Source: Malacoraja senta
Lineage: Eukaryota
DNA length: 64,000 nucleotides
Direction: 5' to 3'
NCBI GenBank assembly: GCA_038087875.1
Contig: CM075998.1
Coordinates: 1,116,001-1,180,000 of the forward strand
The translations under genes and the position numbers were made by a program. How positions within the stretch are numbered: the first letter of the stretch is position 1; each line of letters starts with the position of its first letter. Shown here piece by piece: positions 53,676-64,000 of this stretch. The notes under the pieces are model-generated. The model saw nothing but the letters and a program-made list of their open reading frames with translations, did not search any database and had not been told where the DNA came from.

Positions 53676-55219
53676 GTAAGGGCTGCTTGTCGGTCATTCT
53701 GGGAAGCTCGGGGTGGGGGAAGATTTGCATTTGCACTCTGGTGTCTAAAAACCTCTGCCTTCAAGTTTGGTTAACCTGCCTGAATTGAGCACTGCTAGTG
53801 GACCGGTGATACAGTAGTTTACGCAACACACTGATGAGCAAAGTGGTATACAAAGTACTAAAGAGGTGATGGAAACTTAGAAGGCAGATGTGTGCAAAGG
53901 TTGTGTATGGTGTCGTAGAACCAAAGCAAGCTGCTGTTGATTGGAGTAACAAACTGCTTGATGCTTTATAAAGGAGTCAGGAGTCTAATGGAGACAAACT
54001 AAGTCATAGCTGTTCACTGGCTTCAAGCCTTACTTTGTTCCTCGTCACCTACAACACAGGAAAATCCCTTGGGAAAGTGTCTACATCAGGCAATGGCAGG
54101 CAAACTGTTTGCTTTTCAGCTTCACTTGGACAACATGTCTCATTTCAAGCTTATGGTGCCCAGAGATGAGGCAAGAAAAGGCAATATTCTGAGATTTTAA
54201 ATCAGGCTTAAAAATCCATGAAGTTTGGGCCAAGGCGCAAAGAGACACTGCATGTAAAGAGGATGGATCTAGGTGCAGCACTTTGGACTGCTCAGAGGGA
54301 CACATCGATCCGTGCCTTTTCAACTCTATACACTGGCGCAAATAGACTTCTTCTATCTCCTTGCAGGCTGACAACACAGTGCAAGCTACTGGCACGATAC
54401 CAAAGTCTGCGAGTGAGCCCGGGCCTAGCAAAAAGGTCTGTATTTCCCGAAAGCGCCAGAGAATATTACCCAGCAGAGGCAGTGCAAGTTTTCACAACAG
54501 ATTGCCCAGACTCAAAGCAAGCACCATTTAGCACACTCTGCTCCACATCAAATGGTTGGCAAGGTCAAAGATGCCATCATTCGAATACAACATTAATCCG
54601 GTCTCCATCACCCTGTCCAGGTGGATGTTTAAAAACAAATATCAGCCAGCATTATTCAGTAACAGAAATGGGGCTGTTCTCTTGCCTAACATCCATCCCT
54701 GACCACACATTGCATTGCTGTTTGTAGATCATAAGCATAATCATGCTTTGCGCAAATTTCTGGCTGCAATTGTCTACGTAGCAATAGTAACGGCACTTAT
54801 AAAGGACGGCGTGTTTCTCACTGACATGTAACGACGGTGTAGAAATGCACTTTCATTCCTCGTGGATGTATCGCGTGTTTGTCACAGGATCACACTTTGG
54901 TATCAGTTAGAAACGAGCTGAAGTCTGTGCCAGCATTTATCATTTCCAGACCTGCTACCCCACCTTCATCAGGATAGAATTATCATTGTAGATCAACCCA
55001 TTCAGCTCCTCACAGCAGAGGTAAAGGTAGCATGTTGTTGAATCACAAGATGTTCACTAGTTACTTACAGTAGGGCAGTGGATGTAAGATGAAGGGTGAG
55101 AATCATGGCAAGCGTACAAAGTTCATATGACTTGTATTCCAAGCTCCAGTTCCCACCTCAGTAACTTGCCCTTTAGTAGTGGTGCTTTTCCTGTGCACTT
55201 CCTGTCCAACAGCAGATGG

Positions 55220-55958
55220 CTAGAACAAAGAACGGTACAGCGCAAGAGCAGGCCCTGCTGCCCACAATGTGTTGAACATGATGCCAAGATCATCTCTGAC
55301 CAATCATTGCCTGCACATAATCCACACCCCTTCATTCCCTGCATGTCCATAAGTTTCTTAAACGCCACGATCGTATCTGACTCCACCACAGCAGTGCATT
55401 CCAGGCACTCGCCAGCCTTTGTGTAAAAACAAAAACTTGCCCGCACATCTCCTTTAAACTTTGCCCCTCTCACCTTCAAGCTATACGCTCTGTGTGTAGG
55501 AAAGAACTGCAGATGCTGGTCTAAATCAAAGGTAGACATAAAATGCTGGAGTAACTCAGTGGGACAGGCAGCATCTCTGGAGAGAAGGAATGGGTGACGT
55601 TTAGGGTCAAGACCCTTCTTCAGACTGAAGGGCTAGAGAGCTATGCTCTCTAGATTTGAGTTTTTTCCATGCTGAGAGAAAAAAAAGTCTGCCTGCTGAC
55701 TCTATCTACCCCTCTCATAATTTTATATACTTATATCAGGACTCCCCTCAACTCGTTCCAGAGAAAACAATCCAAGTCTGTCTAACCTCTCCCTGTAGCT
55801 AACACCTCACAATCCAGGCATCATTCTGGTAAACCTTCTCTGCACCCTCTCCAAGGCCTCCACATCTTTCCTGTAACGGGGTGACCAGAACTGCATGCAA
55901 AACTCCAAACGCAGCCTAACCAAAGTCCTATAAAGCTTCATCATGACTTCCTGACTCT
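55220..55958 (-). mobile_element. CR1 3' fragment with a nested Penelope-tail copy (55493-55630)
   Basis: SLKVRGAKFKGDVR...; tail motif 55593-55623. Confidence 0.75.
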
Positions 55959-55959
55959 T

Positions 55960-56462
55960 ATTGAGGCAGTGCAGCGTAGGTTCACCAGATTGATCCCTTG
56001 GATGGCGGGACTGTCATATGAGGAAAGATTGAAAAGACTAGGCTTGTATTCACTGGAGTTTAGAAGGATGAGGGGGAATCTTATAGAAACATATAAAATT
56101 ATAAAAGGACTGGACAAGCTAGATGTGGGAAAAATGTTCCCAATGTTGGGCGAGTCCAGAACCAGGGGCCACAGTCTTAGAATAAAGGGGAGGTCATTTA
56201 AGACTGAGGTGAGAAAAAAAAAATTCACCCAGAGTTGTGAATTTATGGAATTTCCTGCCACAGAGGGCAGTGGAGGCCAAGTCACTGGATGGATTTAAGA
56301 GAGAGTTAGATAGAGCTCTAGGGGCTAGTGGAGTCAAGGGATATGGGGAGAAGGGAGGCACAGGTTATTGATAGGGGACGATCAGCCATGATCACAATGA
56401 ATGGCGGTGCTGGCTCGAAGGGCCGAATGGCCTCCTTCTGCACCTAATTTCTATGTTTCTAT
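55960..56462 (+). mobile_element. CR1 (HER1-like) LINE 3' end
   Basis: QRRFTRLIPWMAGLSYEERLKRLGLYSLEFRRMRG...; tail TTCTATGTTTCTAT. Confidence 0.9.
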
Positions 56463-56811
56463 ATTCAATGCCCTGATCTATGAATGCAAGCTAAAAGCAA
56501 GTGTCCTGTTTGCTGCACTGTGTGAGGGATAAAAACCCATACACGCACTAATAGAGCTCACGGCTAGCTCGTGGGTCGGCTCCGTGCATAACTGAAGTAG
56601 TGAGCAAGGGGAATGTCCACAAACAGTGGGGCAGGGTTGAGCTCCTGATGCTGTGGATGATAGGCAGTGTCTGGGCTTACGAAACAGGGTCCCTCGGGTC
56701 ATCGGTGCCTTTAGACGAAGGCAGGAGAAAACTGCCAGCAAGAAGTGTCGTCTTGGCAGGAAATCAAAATGCTGCCGACTAACCTTGCAGCTGCACTGTG
56801 ATTGCCTGCAG

Positions 56812-56934
56812 ACGATGCGCATGCAGGGGTCGAGCGGTCACTTGTACAAAACCGAGGACGGAGGCTGGGAATGGAGCGACGATGAATCAGGTGACGGATA
56901 CGATGAATCAAAACCTGCCGCCTATCAGAAAGCG
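56812..56934 (+). CDS. STK39: SPAK-like kinase exon 11 (123 nt, S-motif and WEW motif)
   Basis: CTGCAG|ACG; [41 protein letters not shown]; GCG|GTGAGT. Confidence 0.92.
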
Positions 56935-57083
56935 GTGAGTGCATCTGCCTCTTTCTTGCAGCTGGCAATAAACAACCTCCCCTTTCAAGTGAAGTAAAAT
57001 CAGATATATTCTTTCTTGACGGCTCCAGTTTAATCCAATCTGAATTATCTTCACAGACTGAGAGTCCGTGCTGACATCACTAA

Positions 57084-57400
57084 AGATAGATTCAAAATGC
57101 TGGAGTAACTCAGTGGGACAGGCAGCATCTCTGGAGAGAAGGGAATGGGTGACGTTTCGATTTGAGACCCTTCATACGGAGAGTCAGGGGAGATGGAGAC
57201 TGGAGATATGGAGGGGCAAGGTGTGAAAACGACAGATCAAAGCAGACTATGGTCAAGAAATGTAGAATGGTTCATTGTTGGCTGTGAGGAAGGTGACAAC
57301 AAGGCAAACAATCAGTAGTATTTAGTCAGGACAGTGAAACTAGTCTGAGAACTAGGATGGGGAGGGACGGAGAGAGAGGGAAAGCAAGAGTTACTTGAAG
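57084..57400 (-). mobile_element. Penelope 3' UTR/tail copy
   Basis: Matches 35690-35910 and 33053-33250. Confidence 0.8.
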
Positions 57401-58065
57401 ACGTTACTGAGGTTAGCTCCATGGCTGAGGCTCCTGGTCAGCAGTGACTGGGTCTATCTCACCCAGGGCCTTTGTGTGTGAGATGAACTGTCGGCCTGCA
57501 GAAACATCACAACTGGGATGGAAGTCGATGTTCACAGGTGCTTGTTTTCCCAAAAAAGTAGCAGGGGAGGTGAGATGAGTCAGTAGCTATAGAATGACAC
57601 AGCATAGGAGAAAGCATAAGATGAACTGTCGGCCTGTCCTTTTAAAAAAAGATATCCAGTTAGTTACCTCGTGCCTTCTGCACAGCCCACAACTTTTTTT
57701 CCTTTTCAACTTTTGATCTAATTCCCATCTGAAAATTCTAATTGAATCTATTTCCACAGCTCTTTGAGGTTGTGTGCTCCAGATTACAAAAATAATTATC
57801 TTGCCTGCACCAGTTATCTTCATTCAGTCAGTGGCAGTAGTTTCTCCCCAGTCTGCTCTACCCAAATCCCTCAATTTTGAGCACCAAATCTTCTTTAGCG
57901 TTCTCTGCTCCAGGTTGAACAAACTTAGCTTCTCCAGTCTCCCTGCAGCACTGCTGGTCAGTCCCTTCTCTGGCTTGGAGTTCGACCAAAAGTGTATCTC
58001 AGTCCACTTGACAATGATAAATCAATACCAGTTCTAATTAACATTTGCTATTTTGATTTTGCCAG

Positions 58066-58133
58066 GGGCCGTCAGGAAGTTCATCACATCTGATGAACCA
58101 GGGTGGACCTATTCTCCTTGTTCTAAGATTGAG
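58066..58133 (+). CDS. STK39: SPAK-like kinase exon 12 (68 nt, start of CCT domain)
   Basis: TTGCCAG|GGG; GPSGSSSHLMNQGGPILLVLRL(R); AG|GTAAGC. Confidence 0.88.
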
Positions 58134-58449
58134 GTAAGCAACATCCAGCCTCTGCTCAATGTCTTAGCAGGTTCCCTGCACACACTGGAATGAGCTGTTG
58201 CAATGGAGCAACTTTCAGTTGGTGCCGCCATGCCTGCAGCACCATTGCGGAGGCTTGCATGTTGGTGGGAGAGCATCTCTGCCGTTGAAGGAGGTTGACA
58301 AGGTCATCCTCCGAGAGAATCTTGTGGAGGGAGAGTCCTCCTCGACTGGGAGAATGTTCTACCATGTGCGAGAGACATTAACGGGTACTGGGAGAAGGGG
58401 AGGATTTTCAACAATATAATATTTTATATTGTATTAACTGTTTGCACAG

Positions 58450-58502
58450 GAATTTACAAAGGCAGTTGAATGACATCAGATTTGAGTTCACTCCAGGCAG
58501 AG
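58450..58502 (+). CDS. STK39: SPAK-like kinase exon 13 (53 nt)
   Basis: [31 protein letters not shown]. Confidence 0.95.
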
Positions 58503-59104
58503 GTAAGTCCCACTTTGTTCCTTTTTAAATTAGCAACTAGATGCTGGAGAATTGATATTTGTTAGCATCCATTTCTAGAACCACGCTGTCTGCTTATGCT
58601 AGCACCAAATCAGCCGTGTGTTGTCTTGGTTAGTGATGGGGCAGGACTAACTGGGACTGGGAACAGTAAAATAACTATTCGAGAGGAACAGTGGACAACT
58701 CTAAGAACAGCTCGCATTAACTGCAGAGGGACCAAAGGTATTTCTGACCTTAATGTCTAATGGACAAAGAATGGATGTTCACACAGAGGGCAGTCCATAT
58801 CTGGAAGGACCTGCCAGAGGAAGCTATAGAAGCCAATACAATTATGACGTTTAACAGACATTTGGACAGATCCGGATAGGAAGGGTTTAGACTTAGAGGG
58901 ATTAGGGCCAGGCAAAAGGCACCAGCGCAGAATGCCAACTTGGTTGGCGTGGACAAGGTGGGCTGAAGAGCCTGTTTCTGTGCTGCACGGCACTATGATA
59001 GTCAAGTTTGAGCTTCAGGCTGATGCTGTCCTAATATGTGCTGGAAACTATTTCACACAAGATTGTTTCATGCTGGAGCTCATTTCAAACATCTGTCCCT
59101 GCAG

Positions 59105-59173
59105 ACTCTGCCATCGGCGTTTCTCAGGAACTTGTTTCTGCAGGATTAGTGGACGAGTTTGACATGCTGGTTG
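59105..59173 (+). CDS. STK39: SPAK-like kinase exon 14 (69 nt)
   Basis: [38 protein letters not shown]. Confidence 0.95.
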
Positions 59174-59731
59174 GTAAGTCCCAATTGCAACATATTCAAC
59201 TTCCAGCTGAATGTATAGGCCAGAGCAGCAGTCAGGATAATGTTGGTGTTGGCACCTCCATGTTAGTGAGCAAGAAGAAAATCGATAGGATTCTCCCTTA
59301 GACCAGTTGGGCATATAATTCAGGGGACCAAATTAATAATTTTCTGAGCAGTGAGTTCAGATCCCACCACAGCAGATGGGAAATGTAAATTGTTATTTGT
59401 AAAGAAAATTGGCATTCAATAACGATAATGAAGCCACCAGCCTCCAGATAACCCGAGGGTTTTACCCGTGTCCTTTAGAGAACAGAATTTGCCACCTTCA
59501 TGATCTGACCCACGTGTGACTCCAGACCCAGAACAGTGTGATCAACTCCTAACCGAAAAGGTGCAGCGAGCCAGTTAATGAGGGATGGGGAGTAAACGCT
59601 GTCTGTCAACAGCACCCACACCCAGTGACTGAGCAATTGAAACAAACTGTTGGCCTCGGTAAGCCCCAGGTGAGAGTGGGTCAGAAAATGTGGCACAACT
59701 TTGGTCAGAATAGCTCTGCAGAATAGCTCTG

Positions 59732-60158
59732 CAACTCCCGCCCGAGTTGCGGGGTTGAAGCGCACCTGGAGCGGGGCTTTATCCCCCCGCGCGGCTTGGA
59801 ATGGCCACCGGACTTTGCGGGCGCGCGCCGGGGCTCTAACACCAAGACCCGGTGCGTGACCTTGCATCACCCGGCGTGGCTTTAATGGCTGCGGGACAAT
59901 CACCATCGCCCGCCGGGGGCTTTGACTTTGACTCTGACATCGGGGGGGGGGGGGGGGAGTGCAGTGGAGAGATACGTTTTTTTGCCTTCCATCACAGCGC
60001 TGTGATGGATGTATGTGTAAATTGTGTTGTGTCTCGGGTCTTCTTCGTTTTGTATTGTATATAATGTATGGCTGCAGAAACGAACGACATTTCGTTTGGA
60101 CCTCAAGGGGTCCAAATGACAAATTTGTCCAAAAGACAAATAAATTGAATTGAATTGA
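59732..60158 (+). mobile_element. CpG-rich non-autonomous retroelement (hairpin family) with (AATTG)n tail
   Basis: Perfect palindrome TCCATCACAGCGCTGTGATGGA 59988-60009; 3' stem-loop TTTGGACC-TCAAGG-GGTCCAAA; AATAAATTGAATTGAATTGA end. Confidence 0.7.
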
Positions 60159-60624
60159 TGGTCTTTTCACCTCCCACAACCAAAGTGTTGCTGAGTTGCG
60201 AGTGTAAATATCCATCACAGGCAGGTCAACTTGCTGATGATCTTGCCTGACGACAGAGAGCTGAAACCTCACTGGAGCCTGAGGGCTCGCAGTCCCCCTT
60301 AAGGGACATTGGGGGTTCGGTCCAGTAAACAGAACATGTGGACGGGCCGGACTTTGGAAGTGGCGCCAAAACATGGCGGCGCCTGCATGCGTAAATATGC
60401 AAAAAATATGCAAATCAAGCAGCATCGAACGATTAAGTTTCCCTTCCCTGCTGCTTCTGAATACGCTACATAGAGGGCATTAGCCCACTCCAACCCATTC
60501 ATTAGCTCAAGAGTGTTTTATTGTCATACGTCCCCAAACACAACGATTGAATTCTTACTTGCACGATATCTGGAGGATACAAGGTCCTGTTCCCTGCTAA
60601 TGTTGCTTTCTGTTGTTTCTTTAG

Positions 60625-60689
60625 TGGCTAACAACCTGCAGAGACTAATCGATGACCCTCATTCGAACAGGACACTCACATTTAGACTG
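60625..60689 (+). CDS. STK39: SPAK-like kinase exon 15 (65 nt)
   Basis: TCTTTAG|TG; VANNLQRLIDDPHSNRTLTFRL; CTG|GTAAGG. Confidence 0.95.
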
Positions 60690-63106
60690 GTAAGGAGACC
60701 AAAACAAACCTCTATCTCGGAACTTCTCAAAGATTTAAAGTGTTTCTTCGACCAGTTTTGCAGAATCTCGTGGATTGCGAACAGCTGTTGCTTTACCCAA
60801 CTTTTGCCAGACAGATGTTTTTAAAACTGGAGAATGAATCACGCTGTAATATTGAGTGGCCAAGTAAATGGACCCAGGCATGGTTCACTTTATAGTTCCC
60901 AAAAGAGCTGATTGGATTCTTTCACAGAACACTGGCATGAACTGCAGATTCTGGCAGTTGCTTCCCAATCGCCCTCTGACTGTGGCCCAGTTATCAAAAA
61001 CTATTTTGTACCCAGACGTCCGTTGCTATTCCAGGATTAGCGAGAGGTACGGACATCGCGAGGCTTTTCCTTTCAGTGACAGAGCTCCCTTGCCCCTCCC
61101 TCTTGTAATCTCCACACCAACTGGGAGAAACACATTGATGTTTCCATCTCAAAAACCAGGGCCATCTGAGTTTCCATCATCACAGCCTTGTCAATGCCAG
61201 CTCCACCTATTCCCACATTGCCTGCCCCCTCCTCGGCCCACCCACGCCCACTCTTCTTCCAATCTGCTTCACCCATTGCTCCAGTCCTTCACTGTGCTCT
61301 GCGCACTTTGACATTGCCTTCAGAAGCCCGGTCTGTAACCCACTTGGTCCGGTCTCTCACGTCCACAACTTTGTTCAGCTCCTGTTTTTCACACTCGTCT
61401 GACTTTGTACCAACACCGCTCCACCTTCCTGCCCTCTCCTCACCAACTACTGATTTGCATTTCATCTCTTTCCTCTAGAACTCACTCGCCAAATCCTTCC
61501 CCTCTTGCTACCTTCAGAATTCCCTTTCAATCGGTCACCTCTTGAATTCCTCCTGCTCCATTTTGCGGTGGCTGGTGCTTTGACGTCCTACACTCAGGAT
61601 GTTGCTTGGCTGGCTGTATTATTGTCTTACTGGTCTGTGCATTGATAGAAAGCCCAGCACGACTGTACATCAGGTTTCCTTGAAACAAAATCTCAATGCT
61701 GGGTTGGAGGAACCAACCCACACCCTGAGCACCGAGTATTTTGTATTATTAATGCAATGGCTTCAGGTTTTGGGTTCAGCCCAGACTCAAGGAATGAGGA
61801 GCTCGTGACTACTTGAAAGGGTCAAAATTGGCATGACTGGGTAGCCTCAGAACCATCTTAAAGTTCAAGGCAGCACAGCTTCACAATCTCTGAGGCCATG
61901 GGTAGTTGGCATCAGTGGAAAGGAGCAGAGTGGGATCTGGATGTGACAGACTCAGACACATGGTTAAATTGGGATATATCACACTACCTGACTGACCCCT
62001 CTCCCATACGTTTCACAGGCTCGTTCACCTCTTGGCAATTTTAACTGCCAAACTTTCAATGCATGACAGAATTCTATCCGGAATCATGAGGGCAAAATGT
62101 GCTCGGCTTTAAGTGTTTAAAGTTGTAAAATATAACCATTCTCTAAAGCAAGATTAAAAACGATCCTGAACGGAGGTGGTTTGAATGGCTTTTCTCTCGG
62201 GATAACACCCAGTATGTGATCATTGTGCATCACATTGCAGAGCTAGAGAAGCAACCTTGTTGGAAAGCCCCTGGTATGAATGATGTAAAAACTAAGTTCA
62301 GTTCTTAACACTGACCCATCCACATCCACCCCGCCATGGAATTGTGACCTGGATCTTTAAAGAAAATGCAACCCCAACTTTGTACTAAGCAGCAAGCGGC
62401 ATCACCTCACGGCAGAGTCCAAAGCAGGCTGACCTGGTCTCTCGGGCACGGACTCTCCCCTCGAACTAGCCTCTGCTGCCGCCAGGCACCTCTGCAAGAG
62501 GTCGGCCGGGCACTCGACGATCGTGGTGTCGTCAGGCTGGCTGGGCAACTAAGCACGTGAAAGAGTTCTCACAAGCAGCAAGCCAAAGTGCAAAGGTCGA
62601 GGCAAACGCCTTGAATGAAAATACATTTTGGAAATATCAAAGAATTTAAATTTGTAAAGATTATATTTTGAAATGTTTATCTAAGGAAATTACAACCAAC
62701 AGACAAAATGTAAGAGCAGTGTATGTTAACCACTAATTACAGTTCAGTGTGACATTTAAAACTCACTTAGATCTCGGCATCAAAGCCCAACCTTGTCAGA
62801 GTATTTAACAGCAGGACTAAATTCCACTAATTTCTTCAGACTCAGGCCAAACTGTGGAGTGCGGAGCCGAGTCAGTGACAGGAACCTTGAGATTTCCGCA
62901 TTCAATGACGTCCCTGTGGAAATCCCAAGGTTGCTCTCGGTTTCATGGAGTTTATGGATTTGATGGATTTGCCATTCGGGACCATTGTAGCCAAACCACC
63001 CCCTCTCTCCACACTTGCTATCTAGTTGTGCACATTGACTGCTCAATAACGGGTGGAAAGGAATGTCAGCCGCAAGCTCACTCTTCGCCCCTCGTTCTCC
63101 TCGCAG

Positions 63107-63178
63107 GTCTCTGGCTGTGAGGGTTACAGCCCAGACGAAACCAAACTGATTGGATTTGCACAGCTCAGCATGAGATGA
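63107..63178 (+). CDS. STK39: SPAK-like kinase exon 16 (72 nt coding, stop)
   Basis: CTCGCAG|GTC; VSGCEGYSPDETKLIGFAQLSMR then TGA; matches the family C-terminus KLIGFAQLSxS. Confidence 0.95.
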   Translation, partial: VSGCEGYSPDETKLIGFAQLSMR

Positions 63179-64000
63179 CAATCCTGCTCAGAAAGCGGTA
63201 CCAAAGAATTCTGGGACGCCTCTATCAACACGACCTGAACCTCCCCTGCCCTTCCCCAAGAGCACTTTATATGATTCTGTTTAATTCTCATGCTTCAACT
63301 ATCAATGTAGTAGACCTAGCACTAGAATCTGCTCCAAGTTCTTAGCCATATGCAATGGGCTTATGCCTCCTTGAATAGAGTCAAGTGTCTTAATTAAATT
63401 GCGGAATTATAAAATAGAGGCAAGTTCATCCCCCTCCCTCTTGCAGTCTAGGTTCAGCATTAGGGTAAGAAAAGGTCTTAGAAAAGGACTGTACTCAGGT
63501 CATTTCATTTTTATTATTAAAATTTCCCCTCTGGGTTTGGAGCAATCATACCCTCTTGTCCTGCCCAGAATTGGCATTTGAAAATTGTTTTTTGGGCTTA
63601 ATTTTCCTTAAGGTAGATATACAAATGCTGCAGTACCAGTTGGTATTATACTTTGATACATTCTCAACAGTGAGATTATTCAGTATGGCTTAACCATTCT
63701 CATGCCCTCAGAACTCAGTCACCAATTAAAAATAGGAGGAGAATTCAGTCAGTGGCAATATAGGAAGATTAAAGAACTACCGTTAGAAATGGTCAGTCTC
63801 TTGCAGTGGTTGAGTGAGAGCAGTGTGTGTGTGGAAGGATTGTTATGGGTGAGGTAGTTACAAAATATACCAGATGGTTGGATCCCTATCTGACTGGTTA
63901 GAACAGAGGCCCCTTCTCCTGCTTAGCAAATATCTGCTTCTTGCAAGCCAGATGTTTTCAGTGCAAAACCTGACCCTGTGCCAGTGTTTGTCACAGTATG

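Noticed and set aside
59475-60425. Longest ORF in the track (316 aa, minus strand)
   Set aside because: It runs antisense through a GC-rich retroelement and intron sequence, has no recognisable domain, and is most likely a chance ORF.
63179-64000. Polyadenylation site of the kinase
   Set aside because: Only ATTAAA variants were seen (near 63393, 63516, 63725); one cannot be chosen without transcript data.

Overview
Vertebrate genomic DNA. The repeat content (CR1/HER1-type LINEs, HE1/V-SINEs, Rex1/Babar, abundant Penelope tails) points to a cartilaginous fish, probably a skate or ray; this is an inference. Two spliced genes lie head-to-head, with ATGs about 12.9 kb apart. (1) Minus strand: exons 1-3 of a CERS5/6-type ceramide synthase, leaning CERS5; the rest of the gene lies left of the window. 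(2) Plus strand: a complete 16-exon, 467-aa SPAK/OSR1-family kinase (27272-63178). It is STK39-like but lacks the PAPA box, has a rewritten S-motif region and has a very short linker. It is a candidate extra SPAK/OSR1 ohnologue at the CERS5 locus. More than 20 short Penelope-derived tail elements carry a minimal hammerhead-ribozyme consensus (CTGAAGA-A-GGGT-N4-RCCC-GAAA-CGTC), and several inserted as fold-back palindromes with target-site duplications (TSDs). Also present are a Harbinger-type MITE nested in a CR1, a structured non-autonomous retroelement family with covarying stems, and many LINE/SINE fragments. Exon coordinates were read from splice sites by hand; repeat boundaries are approximate. 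Nearly all ORFs in the supplied track are spurious or retroelement fragments.
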